Shown here piece by piece: positions 13,599-26,093 of a stretch of 64,000 nucleotides of DNA; positions within the stretch are counted from its first letter, which is position 1; each line of letters starts with the position of its first letter. The position numbers and the translations under genes are program-made. The stretch is taken from contig NC_043000.1 of NCBI RefSeq assembly GCF_006345805.1, forward strand, positions 99,386,001 to 99,450,000, written 5' to 3'. The stretch is from Octopus sinensis. Its lineage: Eukaryota. A model generated the notes under the pieces. It had not been told where the DNA came from. It searched no databases and saw nothing but the letters and a program-made list of their open reading frames with translations.

Positions 13599-14593
13599 TA
13601 TGTCCTGTACCCATATATACATGTATATATAGGTATAGATGTAGGTATGTACATATATGTATGTATATATTATTTATATTATTATATGATCGAACACCAC
13701 GCATCCTTTTCCAAGTAAGTTTTAATTTGATAATTATGATGCGCACTCTCCAACTTTTACTAATTCTCCTCTGTCTATCTCTCTCCCTCTCTTGTTCTTC
13801 AGTCTTTCTGGTTTTCTCTCTCACCCTTCCCTATTCTTCTCCTCTCCCCTTCACCGTTCCCTCTCTCTTACTCCCCCTCCTCGACTCTCTCGTCACTGAC
13901 ACGTGACGAAAGGGAAGCCTTCTTTCCAACTGCTATCTTCACCGAGACAAGACAGCTTATCCTGTCCCTCTCATAAGCTGTCTCCTTAATGCGTTCAGAA
14001 TAATTTTTCCATGGTCTTGACATAACAACCCTCATCGTTTGTTTTTACTGTGTTATTCTCTTTGTCCTGTCTTTCACTGTTTTTACTTTAATATGTCCTG
14101 TACCCATATATACATGTATATATAGGTATAGATGTAGGTATGTACATATATGTATGTATATATTATTTATATTATTATATGATCGAACACCACGCATCCT
14201 TTTCCAAGTAAGTTTTAATTTGATAATTATGATGCGCACTCTCCAACTTTTACTAATTCTCCTCTGTCTATCTCTCTCCCTCTCTTGTTCTTCAGTCTTT
14301 CTGGTTTTCTCTCTCACCCTTCCCTATTCTTCTCCTCTCCCCTTCACCGTTCCCTCTCTCTTACTCCCCCTCCTCCTCCTCCTCAACTCTCTCGTCACTG
14401 ACACGTGACGAAAGGGAAGCCTTCTTTCCAACTGCTATCTTCACCGAGACAAGACAGCTTATCCTGTCCCTCTCATAAGCTGTCTCCTTAATGCGTTCAG
14501 AATAATTTTTCCATGGTCTTGACATAACAACCCTCATCGTTTGTTTTTACTGTGTTATTCTCTTTGTCCTGTCTTTCACTGTTTTTACTTTAA
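13599..14593. repeat. Tandem duplication, ~493 + ~502 bp
   Basis: Units start TATGTCCTGTACCC at 13599 and 14092; near-identical except a (CTC)n expansion. Confidence 0.95.
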
Positions 14594-14739
14594 TTGTTTT
14601 TACTTTAATTGTTTTTACTGTCTTGTTCTTGTTACCACTTTACCCCTCCGCAAAAAATCCCAAATTCTACTTAATTTGTTTTGCGAGAAGGACTGAATCA
14701 ACGAAATATACCGCCGGAAGTTCTTGTTGACAAACAACA

Positions 14740-14958
14740 GCAGTAATTTTATTAAGCTGAATACACGTCATTGATTGGATGAAATTACCGAAATACTATA
14801 ACTTTAACGTGAAATAACTTCCTAAATATAAGCTTTTCTCAAAAACGCTAAGAGTAAAAGATGTTTTATATGACACATTCTACCAGTGTCCGAAGTTTGA
14901 AAGTGTTTAGTTACAAAAAATTATTTTTTAAATCTGTCGGTCCAAAGGTAAAGAACCT
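14740..14958. mobile_element. Truncated older relative of the 15131-15561 MITE
   Basis: Shares ACGTCATTGATTGG, AAAAGATGTTTTATA and CATTCTACCAGT..GAAGTTT..AAGTGTTTAGTTAC blocks; diverged right TIR ends AAAGAACC; no left TIR. Confidence 0.6.
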
Positions 14959-15130
14959 AGCGTTGGTTGAAGGGTGATTTTCAAGCAGAATATTAGAAAA
15001 GGTATAAGAATTAGGGATACATACGTACGTACCATACATACATACATACATACATACATACATACATACATACATACATACATAAATACATACATACATA
15101 CATAAGACAGAGAAATGGGGAAAAGTGAAA

Positions 15131-15561
15131 GGATCTTTTCGGTTTGAAAGGCAGTTTTTCCTAGCGGTGTCATATGAAATTGTCACCCATAATTATAACC
15201 CTAGTATCGATCTATTGCATTTCAATGTGTTTTAGGATTAGGGTTAGTTAGGGTTAGGGGTGGGGGGAAGGGTATCAATTTTTTCTTCAGAAATGTAAAT
15301 AAACCCAATCTTTTTCTTAAACGAGGGACATATTCATGCGGCACAGAATGTTTTCACCTCAATAGACGTCATTGATTGGTTGAAATTGCAGAAACTGAAG
15401 GAAAAAAAAACAACAAATATCTTACAAACTATAGAATTTTCTCAATAAAGCCAAGAGAAAAAAGATGTTTTATAAATACATTCTACCAGTATACGAAGTT
15501 TAAAAGTGTTTAGTTACGTGGCAATTATTTTTAAAAACTGCCGTTCAAACCGAAAAGATCC
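15131..15561. mobile_element. MITE with GG-terminal 28-bp TIRs, 8-bp TSD and internal TTAGGG repeats (Merlin-like or hAT)
   Basis: TIRs GGATCTTTTCGGTTTGAA(A/C)GGCAGTTTT; TSD AAGTGAAA at 15123-15130 and 15562-15569; TTAGGG-like array at 15232-15260. Confidence 0.85.
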
Positions 15562-15977
15562 AAGTGAAAATTAATGACTAAAATGTAATTGAATGAGTTA
15601 AAGAGGAACGAAGGTAGAGAATAGGATCTGGTGGCGAAGGACGATCAGGGGGTGAAGGAAGAAGATATGTACGAAAAGAAAGAAACCATTAAACGTTTAA
15701 CTTTTCTTCTTCATCGCCGCTCTCAAACATATTCCAGTGTTTGAACTGTTTGTATTTCTCTTTGGCGGACAGAACATCATCAGTTCTTATTTGTTTTACG
15801 AAAGGAACAGAGAGATTGGCTGCTCAAGTGAAGAAGTAAAAAGAAAGCAAATATATAGATAAACATGAAAGAGAGAGGGGGGGTGAGGAGAGAAGGAAGA
15901 ATGAGTAAGAAATGAGATGTGAGAGAATGGGAATGTGTGTGCCTCTGTGTGTGTGTGGGAGAGTGTACGCGCGCGTT

Positions 15978-15990
15978 GATGGATAGATAG

Positions 15991-16083
<93 letters not shown>

Positions 16084-16109
16084 TGTAGGTAGATATGTAG
16101 GTAGATAGT

Positions 16110-16197
<88 letters not shown>

Positions 16198-16370
16198 CAG
16201 ATAGATAGATGGGGGCAGAGTGAAAAAAAAACTGTTACTGAATGACCGGGAGAGAAAGAGGAAGAGAGAGTGCGAAAGAGAGAGCGAAAAGGAGGGAGGA
16301 GAGGGAAGGCAAAAGAAGGAAGATTGAAAACTGGGTACTGAGTGAATGAAAGAGAGAGAGAAAATTGTTT

Positions 16371-16423
<53 letters not shown>

Positions 16424-16600
16424 GTGGGAAGAGATGGGGGGGCAAGATTGGGTTACTGCGTGAGAAGGGAGAAAGGTAAAAAATAAAGAGCGCGTGAGAG
16501 AAAAAGAGAAAGATGGAGAGAGAGAGAGAGAAAGAGAGGGGGAGGAGAGAAAGCATTTTTAACAGAGAAAACATAAGATATAGGGTTGAAGGAAGTAAGA
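15978..16600. repeat. (GATA)n/(GA)n microsatellite and purine-rich tract
   Basis: Direct reading; explains the spurious 264-aa ORF. Confidence 0.95.
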
Positions 16601-16794
16601 GAGGAGGAGTAGGGAAGGATGAGCGCGGAAGATATGAGGTTAGAGAGGAAGAGAGAGGAGGAGGAATATTCGGATATTTGGGTCGACATGCACTCTTGCT
16701 AGAATAACTTTACTACAAAGTGGGATAGAAGAGAAATAAAAGCTACTTACGTATTATGTAGGGTTTTATTGATTTATTTGTTTACTATTTACTC

Positions 16795-16837
16795 ATCATC
16801 ATCGTCGTTTCTATTGGTATTGTTATTGTTGTTGTTG

Positions 16838-16882
<45 letters not shown>

Positions 16883-17006
16883 TATTATTATTATTATTGG
16901 TATTGTTATTGTTGTTATTATTATTATTATTATTATTGGTATTGTTATTGTTGTTATTATTATTATTATTATTATTATTGTTATTGTTATTATTGTTATT
17001 ATTATT
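16795..17006. repeat. (ATT)n/(GTT)n trinucleotide tract
   Basis: Direct reading. Confidence 0.95.
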
Positions 17007-18315
17007 GAGAGGTGGAGGGGAAGCATGTTCAAACATGGAAAGCCACAAAAGTTTCAATGTAGCTTCAAAAAGCAACTGTGTCTGTTAGTAAAAACTGTTA
17101 CAGAAGTACACCTTGTGTGTGTGTGTGTGTGTGTGGTGTGTGTGTGTGTGTGTGTGGATTCACACATACATATTTTTATGCGTGTATTTTTTAAATTATA
17201 TTTGACCTACTTCATACATTAGACTGTGTCCATGCTGGGGCACTACCTTGAATTTTTAGTTGAATGAATAGACCCCCAGTAACTATTTTTTAAAGCCTGG
17301 TACTTATTCTATTGGTCTCTTGCTGAATCACGAATTTACAGTGACGTAAACACACCAACACCGGTTGTCAAGCTATCTAAACTCTTTCACTGTAGTCTAT
17401 GTAAGACTGAAATTCTTCAGTTGTAGATAATCCGGGTGTCATAACAGTACAATGGTTTTACTATTATGATACCTGGATTTTTTACATATATATGTAGACT
17501 CTAAATGCTCATACACACACACATATCATTTAATGTGTGTTTTGCATGCTGGCATGGGTTGGACAGTTTGACAGGGGCTGGCAAGGCAGAAAACTACACC
17601 AGGCTTCACTGTCCGTTTTGGCGGGGGTTTTATGGTTGGATACCCTTCCTAATACCAACCACCTTACAGAGTGGACTGAGTGCCTCATGTGTGGCACCAG
17701 CAAAGCCTGTTTTGGCATGGTTTTTATAGCTGGTTGCCCTTCCAAACACTAACCATTTTGCAGTGTAGACTGGATGCACCAACACTGGTGGGGTCACCAA
17801 ATAATTTGCAAGACAAAGATCCTTTAAGAGGTGGAACATTGAAGATGGCTTTGTGCCAGGTGATGACAGGTTAGAGTGTGACAAAAGGATAGAAACAGGT
17901 GTCTTGCTGTAGAGGAGATGCATGGCTACCCAGTCAGAAGGAAAGAGCAAGAGAAAGAGAGAGTGATCAAGAATGACAGAGAGAGTGGAAAGGAGTGAGA
18001 GAGTGAGAGTGTAAGACATAGTGGGAGTGAGATGGGGGTGAAGTGCCAGGTAGAGGGATCTCTGTGGTCAGAGCTAGAGAGGGATGAGCTCCACCAGATC
18101 CCAAAACAACTAGAACATACCATTTTTTATATGAGGGTGCTCACACAACACCATCAAAGAGTTAGGGGCCCATAGCATAGTACACACACACACACAAACG
18201 CAAACACATACACATGCACACACACATATATATGGTACACGAACAAGTCATACTCAATAACTAGTGAAGCAGCACCATAGTCAACTGTGACCAAGGTAAA
18301 AGTGACACCTTAGAA

Positions 18316-19770
18316 ATATCAGATTGTTGGATCAGGTGATGAAAATCATGGAGAGGGTCATAGCCAAACTAATTAAGGAGAGAGTTAGTCTAGATGAAAT
18401 GCAATTTGGTTTTGTGACAGGGAGAAGCACCACTGGTGCTATATTTCTGGTAAGGCAGCTGCAGGAGAAGTACCTAGTCAATGATAAACCTCTGTACTTG
18501 GCTTTTGTTGACATGGAGAAAGCCTTTGACAGGGTCCCCCAATCTCTTATCTGGAGATCAATGCAGAAACTAGGGATAGTTAGTGAGAGCTGTACAAGCC
18601 ATGTACACGGATGCAGTCAGTGAGGTGAGGGTTGGCAATGAGTATAGCAATGAATTCAGAGTACAAGTAGGGGTCCACCAAAGATCAGCCCTCAGCCCCC
18701 TCCTATTCATCATAGTCCGCCAGGCAATAACAGAAGAATTTAAGATGGGCTGCGCCTGGGAGCTCCTCTATGCTGATGACCTTGTTCTTTAACCAGAATT
18801 ATAGAAGAAATTTCAGGTGAAAAAGCAAAGTCTAGAATCGAAGGGCCTTAGAGTTAACCTAGCAAAAACCAAAGTCTTAGTAAGTAGGAAAGCAGACAAA
18901 TAACAAACGCTTTCAGGTCTTGCTTGATCTGTAGAAAAGGTGTATGTAGAATCTCCATAAGAGGTACCCAGTTCAAGTTATGGACACATAAGGGATGCAG
19001 CAATATCAGAGGAAGGGTAACTAGGAAAATAGTTTTTTGTGTGTGGAAGGTACAATAAACATTAAAAATGTACAGAAAATAGATTCCATCAAATGCCAGG
19101 TGGATAAGCTAGAGGTAGTTGATAGATTCCGATATCTAGGTGACCATGTCAGTAGTGGAGGTGGATGCACCAAGAGCATAGTTGCAAGAATAAAAATAAG
19201 CTTGGCAAAGTTCAGAGAGCTCCTACCTCTGTTGGCAACAAAGGGCTTCTCCCTCTGAGTGAAAGGCAGACATGGCAGTGAAACATGGCTGTGACTGTTG
19301 AGGAGATGCATAAGCTTGTAAGAAATGAAGCTAGCAATGTTAGTGTGCATGTATGACAGAGTGTAAGCATCTAGAAAGAAAAGTTGAGCGTAGGAGACAT
19401 CAGATGTGGTGTGCAAGAGCGACAACTGTGCTGGTATGGTTCTGTGATGTGTATGGATGAGGACAGCTGTGTAAAGAATGCTGATCTCTAACTGTGGAGG
19501 AAACCTGTGGAAGAGGTAAACCTAGGAAGACATTGTATGAGGTGGTGAAGCATGATCTTTGAATGTTGGGCCTCATGGAGGCAATGACTAGTGACTGAGA
19601 GCATTGATAATATGCTGTGCTTGAGAAGACCTGCTAAACCAAGTGAAATTGTAGTCATGGCCGATGCCAGTAGCACACAAAAAGCACCTTTTGAGCACTG
19701 GGCCTCATAGAGGCAATATGGCCAATGCCAGTGTCACATATCTAGTACCCATGCTGGTAGCACATAAAAA
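18316..19770 (+). mobile_element. RTE-clade LINE, 5'-truncated, frameshifted RT
   Basis: QFGFVTGRSTTGAIFLVRQLQEKY, FVDMEKAFDRVP, GVHQRSALSPLLF, LLYADDLVL, FRYLGD, then a C-terminal region and 3' tail. Confidence 0.9.
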
Positions 19771-19784
19771 GCTCCTATCAAACA

Positions 19785-20455
19785 TTGGTCTTCACAATAA
19801 GTGATGAGCCTGACACTTATCCTAGGTTTGGAAACATTCAAGGAAGCAAGCTGGATCTGCCTCAAGCAATGTCAGATTTTTCCACCAGCCTGATGCACTT
19901 TTTGATCAGGTGTCAGAAGATGAGGCATCCACTGAACAGAAATATTCATTGTGCTAAAGTCATTATGCAGAATATTCTCAACTATCTCACAGGATATGTA
20001 TTGGCTATTTGATTTATAGTTAACTGCCTGTCATCCACCACTGTGTTATGAACATGATCAATGTTTTCCTCAGTGGTGGCAGCTGCAAGATGTCCAGGTC
20101 TTTAGTCATCTTTATGATTCTCTCTTCCCTTCCTAAATTCAGCTGCCCACTTTTGCACTGTAGATAAAGTTAGAACACCATCTCTTAGTATCGTAACCAT
20201 ATCAGCATTAATGTTCTTGGGAGCTAAACCGTTTTTCTGCAGGTACTTGATAACAGAATAATGCCAAATTTTGTCCATTTTGAAGAGAAGTTACGAGTTA
20301 CTTTTAAAGTTTTCTTTGATCAGTCTGATGTCAGTTTACCTGGAAAGAAACAATGCAGTTATTACTAAAAAAAGTTGAAATTAATGCTTGGAAGGTTTCA
20401 CAGCTCTAGCTTCACTGCTCCTGAGTCAGCCTATGAACTTTTCAACCCACCCTCA
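19785..20455 (-). mobile_element. Mariner transposon, 5' half
   Basis: TA|TGAGGGTGGGTTGAAAAGTTCATAGGCTGA TIR; MDKIWHYSVIKYLQKNG..TVQKWAAEFRKGRE..EENIDHV..DDRQLT. Confidence 0.8.
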
Positions 20456-21389
20456 TATGTTTTTAGTTCAATAGCTACCACCAGCACAAAAATTTACATC
20501 ATTTATTTCCAGTGGCCAAGGGCCTTAGACTTATACAAAAAGGGGTAAAACATATTTAAGGCCTAGATAATTTGCATAATTTATAGAAAAATGAGCTGAG
20601 AGAAATAACTCAGAGTGGCAAGAAATGTGTTTGAATAACATACATAAATACAGATATATACCATGCAACATAAATTCCTGATTTGTTAGAATTATCTAGA
20701 GGATGTATCATAATTACGAAACAGTGATTAAAGTCAGCTTCACATGAGAAGGGGAGTCTCCTTCTCAACATTCCCCAATGATGCATCTTTCATATGCAAC
20801 ACAGGTACCACATATCAAATCTATACTGATTGGAAGAACAGAGATCTTAAAAGCATCTTCCAGTGAGGCTATGTTAAACATGTCCCTTTTAACTACTAAA
20901 ATCACAAGCAATGTCTCTTTAAATGTTAGACTTCATTGAATTTCTTTCCTGATGAAAGCAGTTCCTTATCATAGCTTGGACCTCTTCACAAAGACTGGGA
21001 GACAAAACATATTTCAACACCTCACTTCCAGCACTGACTTTCTACCAAGCACAGATGAAGCCAACAATGAAGTGTTACTCTCATCCAGAGAAAATTCCTT
21101 TGACTGACTGGCATAAATCACTTGCAGACATACTCCAGCCTCTGGTTCACAGGCTGGCTGTCTCTTCTCTCTGGCTTTTCACTGATTCTTTAATGGCCTC
21201 TGTTCATTGGACCTAGCTGGTCTTGTCCTGTCTTAACTCAGACATTCCTGATTCATTCATTTATCCAGGATCCATCACCTTTGTTGAATCCAACTCTGCA
21301 AGCAACAACAGTAATCTTTGTACTCAGACCTTCTCTAGAATGTTAGGCCTCTAGACAAGCTTAACTTCCAGTTTAACTCCCCTATATTG

Positions 21390-22860
21390 CTCTATAAGCA
21401 GCTCTCTCTGCTGCCTCCCCTATCCTACACACAACTACCCTTTCACTCTTTTCCTTTCATTCCAATGGCTGTAAGCCTCTTCCATACCGGATGGGCAGAA
21501 GATTTCCCTACAGACAACCTTGACTTGGAAAAGCTGTGTAACACTATCCTTTCTCCCTGCAATCCTGCAGAAGGCTCTTGTACTTTGTAGGCTTGATCAC
21601 ACTCTTGGGACTGCAAGCTTAATCAAAATTATTTTACTTGCCTTTTCAGACCACAAAACTACACCTGGCTTCAGTGTTGTATGGATGATCTGGAGAAACT
21701 GCAGTCTTTCCTCATGCCCACTTTCATATCCCTATGATTAGGCCCTGTGTAGTAGGCACTTTGTCCTTTTTGATGGCTTTTGTCCCTCTTTCACAAACTT
21801 GATTGCTGCTGTTATCTTCCCCTGTTGATAGTATTTCTTGAACCTTTCCTGTTCCAGACTGTGGGCAAGTGTTGCAAGCACCTTATCATGGTGTCACTTG
21901 TATCTCCCTTGAGTAAGTACTATTTTGGACCCTGACAAGATAAGTGCCAGGGTGCCCGTTTTACTGCAAAGTCTACACATCTGTGCAGGTTTGTAGGTAT
22001 TGAGACTGAGTCACACACCCTCCACAGCAGGAAAGAGATATGGAAAGGTTCCAGTCTTCACAAGTCTAGCCATGTGACCTTCATTTCAGGGAGGTCCCAT
22101 TTAGTCCAAGCTCCTTGAGATACCAGCTCCACAACTCTTGACCTTCTTTCTTCCTCCAGCTTCAATGCTGGATCATGACTCACCTCTCTCTCTCTAATAA
22201 TATCTGCCTTCTTCCATTGTTGGAAATGGGAAGAACTAAGATTCTGCCATCCACTGCATGTGATTCCAATGATGCTGTGCAGTTTCAGCATGCTTGCAGT
22301 CTCTGCAACTCTGATGCTAGCCACCAACTTTTGCCTAAACCTTGTTATGATACCTGCATGTCTGATATGCTCATCCTGGGAGTTCCTGTACATCATTACA
22401 GCTCTACATTTCACAAACTTGAATTCCACCACCATGGATGACAGAGGAAGTTTGAGATTTTCATATTTTATGTACTCGCTTATTGAAATGAAGCTTGGAG
22501 GGACACCTAGCCACCTTCAGAGGTATTTGTTTACCTTCATCTCCCCTCGTTCTACTCTTATCATTAGAATCCCATACACTGTCAATAACCACATGATTCT
22601 TGGGAGAAATCTGTGTTGGTAGAGTCATGCCTTGTATTTCAGCCACTCTTCTGCTTGCTTCTCAGTATTGGTGACCATTACTTCTGTCAGAGAGTGAATT
22701 GTCAGACTTCCTCCCAAAGCATTTGACTAGATTTTCCACTATTGATGGAATAGCCTCTCCTTGCAAGTGCAGCTTGATTCTATTTGTTAATTTGCCTCCC
22801 CTGATCACTATGCTCCTAGATTTTGGGGGCTTACCATTCATGCTAGTCTGTGTTTCCATG
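21390..22860 (-). mobile_element. HERO-clade RLE non-LTR retrotransposon, 5'-truncated and degenerate
   Basis: KPPKSRSIVIRGGK..GEAIPSIVEN; YQH..LPRIMW..RWLGVPPSF..LPLSSMVVEFK; QGAWTKWDLPEMKVTW; HILSG..LTQGRY..HDKVL; RLE-like TTLKPGVVLWSEK..IILIKLAVP. Boundaries approximate. Confidence 0.8.
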
Positions 22861-22918
22861 TGTTCAAGTGAAGTCAGATCCCATTATGCCTTTACATGCA
22901 TGGTGGCTCCTTATTGGT

Positions 22919-22967
<49 letters not shown>

Positions 22968-23243
22968 TGTGTGTTTGTGTGTGTGTAACCAGAAATGACT
23001 AGTAAAAGTAGCATTAATTCTCTAGATCATTCAATTCTTCTCAACTGATCAATGGGGGCAATTGAATAATCCAATCAATAACAAACCTATAATGACTACT
23101 AGAAATATATATTACACACACACACACACACACATATATGTTTGTATACACACACATATGTATATATACATACAAGTACATACATATGTATACACACACA
23201 TATGTATATATACATACAAGTACATACATATGTACATGTGTGC

Positions 23244-23279
<36 letters not shown>

Positions 23280-23544
23280 CAACATTATCATCGTTGCTTT
23301 AACATCTACTTTTGCATGCTTGCATGGGTTGAGAGAATGTAACGACAGAAATTTTTTCTACGCTGAGGTATTCTTCCTGTTGCCAACAAGCCTGACTTGT
23401 TTCCAATAATCTCTCAGTCTATTAACAATAAACAATTTTTATGCAGAGAGCTAGAAACAAATGACACTATGAATGAAAGTTTTGTTTACAAAGCTTGTAC
23501 AACATGTATATGGACATACATACATACATATGTACATACATACA

Positions 23545-23575
<31 letters not shown>

Positions 23576-23914
23576 CATCATCATTTAATGTCTACTTTCC
23601 ATGCTCGTAAGTCAGAGGACTGTGCCAAGGCTGCTGTCGGCTTTGGCATGGTTTCTACAGCTGGATGCCTTTCCTAATGCCAATCACTTTACAGAGTGTA
23701 CTGGATGCTTTTTTATATGGCATCAGCAGGATGAAGTCACCAAATAATTTACAAGACTAGACCCCTTGGATGAGGGAGGGGTTAGTATTGAGGAAGGTTG
23801 CTTTGTGCCGAATGAGAGAAGTATGAGTAGTGGGAACAGAAATGCCTTGCAGTAAAGAAGATACATGGTTACCTCAGTAGGAGAGAGAAAGACAAAGAAA
23901 GAAGATGGAGAGCG

Positions 23915-23961
<47 letters not shown>

Positions 23962-24202
23962 AATGTAGAGGGTAGATGAGTGGGGTGTAAATGAAGTTGA
24001 ACCAAGGATCGAGCAGGGTGAGAGGGTTGGTAGGTTCACAAGATTACAAAATGAGAGTGGTGGAAGGGTCGTTAGGAGGATATGCTGTGGGAAAGAGATT
24101 CAACAGGTGAGATTGAGAGGTACCTGGAGGGAAGGGGAATGAAGTGGATGGAAAGCACAGGTGATGTATATACACATATACAGGTATATACATCATCATC
24201 AT

Positions 24203-24500
24203 CATCATCCTTTAGCGTCCGCTTTCCATGCTGGCATGGGTTGGACGGTTCAACTGGGGACTGTGAAGCCGGAAGGCTGCATCAGGCCCAGTCTGATCTG
24301 GCAGTGTTTCTATGGCTGGATGCCCTTCCTAACGCCAACCACTCCGTGAGTGTAGTGGCTGCTTTTTACGTGCCACCCGCACAGGTGCCAGACGGAGCTG
24401 GCAAACGGCCACGAACGGACGGTGCTTTTACGTGCCACCGGCACGGAGGCCAGACGGGGCAGCGCCGGCAACGGCCACGATCAGATGGTTTGCTTAACCA
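24203..24500 (-). mobile_element. RTE-related SINE-like repeat (family D)
   Basis: Minus strand GGCGTTAGGAAGGGCATCCAGCC.TAGAAAC..CAACCCATGCCAGCATGGAAAGCGGACG(ATG)n. Related copies at ~17525-17990, ~23580-23880, ~37350-37500 (+) and ~41210-41560. Confidence 0.7.
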
Positions 24501-25421
24501 CAGCTGCAATTTCCACTGATGTTGATCATATATACATATTATATAAATACATACACATGTATGTATATCACAAAATGTGTGTGTGTGTGCATGCATGTGT
24601 GTGTGTGTGAGAAACATCGTGTGACAATGTAAAATAGTAGGAGGTCAGGTTTGTGTGGATCAAACCAACCAAATATCTTAATCTTGTCTTGGATATTTTT
24701 TTACAAAAGAAACACCTATTAACACACTCCAGACACAGGGGAGGGATCCCTGTAGCATAATGATTCTTAAAATTTCTGGCCCACAACTCTAACTAGTTCT
24801 ATATCACATTGTTAGTATCTATTGTCATCATTGTCTTATCCTTTTGCTCAGATAAAGTGGATCCAACATCAATGAGAAAGACTGAAGTATTGAGAAGAGT
24901 GGATCATATTACTTTCAGTAGAGTGACTTACATAACACTGAGAAGAAGGGAAAAAAGTCTTGTCCAAGCCAGCACAAATGTGCAAATGCACAGCTAATAT
25001 TGACTGCCAAAAGTGTTAAGAATCTTAGTCAATTGATTAAAGTAGGCTTGATTAGACTATATTATAATTATGAAGTTAAATCAAAAAGACTAGAGCATGT
25101 CTCTAGATGTCTCTTCTCTGCAAAGAAAGATCAGACATTCCTACTCTTTAACATATATAATTAACTTTGAGAGATTCATTCTTAATTCATTGGAATTATG
25201 TCGTCTTTATATGTGTTGCTAACTGTTTATAGGTTTTTGTTTTCTCCATGTTTCTAGTATATGACATAGCCAGCTAAACTGTCCAGGTCATGTCAACATG
25301 GAACATGGATGTTAGATAAATGATGATGTCATCGAATATATCATTCTTTATTTATCCAAATTCATGTGAACTCAAATGGTATATCTGAGTTATTTCCTTA
25401 GCTCATTTAATTTGTCAACAA

Positions 25422-25757
25422 TGTGGCACCTTGGGCAAGTGACTTCTACTATAGGCTCAGGCCAACCAAAGTCTTGTGAGTGGATTTGGCAGATGATAAC
25501 TGAAAGAAGCCCGTTGTATGTATATATATGTATGTATGTGTGTGTGTATATGTTTGTGTGTCTGTGTTTGTCCCCCCAACATCGCTTGACAACCGATGCT
25601 GGTGTGTTTACGTCCCTGTAACTTAGTTGTTCGGCAAAAGAGACCGATAGAATAAGTACTAGGCTTACAAAGAATAAGTCCTGGGGTCGATGTGCTTGAC
25701 TAAAGGCAGTGCCCCAGCATGGCCACAGTCAAATGACTGAAACAAGTAAAAGAGTAA
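25422..25757 (+). mobile_element. SINE family A, 5'-truncated
   Basis: Homologous to 540-955. Confidence 0.85.
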
Positions 25758-26093
25758 TGCAAATGTCTACCATCCTAAATTATTTGAAACTTTTTGTAAA
25801 AAAATAGATAAATAGAATAAAATAAATAAATAAATAGTTCTATTTGTAAATCTATTCTTTCCCTAAAATTCTTTATAAACTGTTCAAGCAGGCTACAGGT
25901 AAAAACAAATGTCCATATTTGCTCCTTATCTGCAAACAAAATCAGACAATTTCCTCAGTATGTGAATTAACTCTTAGAGATTAATCCATAACTTCTTGAA
26001 ATTATTTCTCCTCTTCTTTGAGAGTCACTAGTAATTACCTTTAGGTTCTTTATCGTGGTTGTTTTATTTCTCCAACTTAGAGGGAAACTTTAA

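Noticed and set aside
15780-16574. 264-aa ORF
   Set aside because: Translation of (TCTA)n/(TC)n microsatellite (IYLS and SL repeats); no domain.
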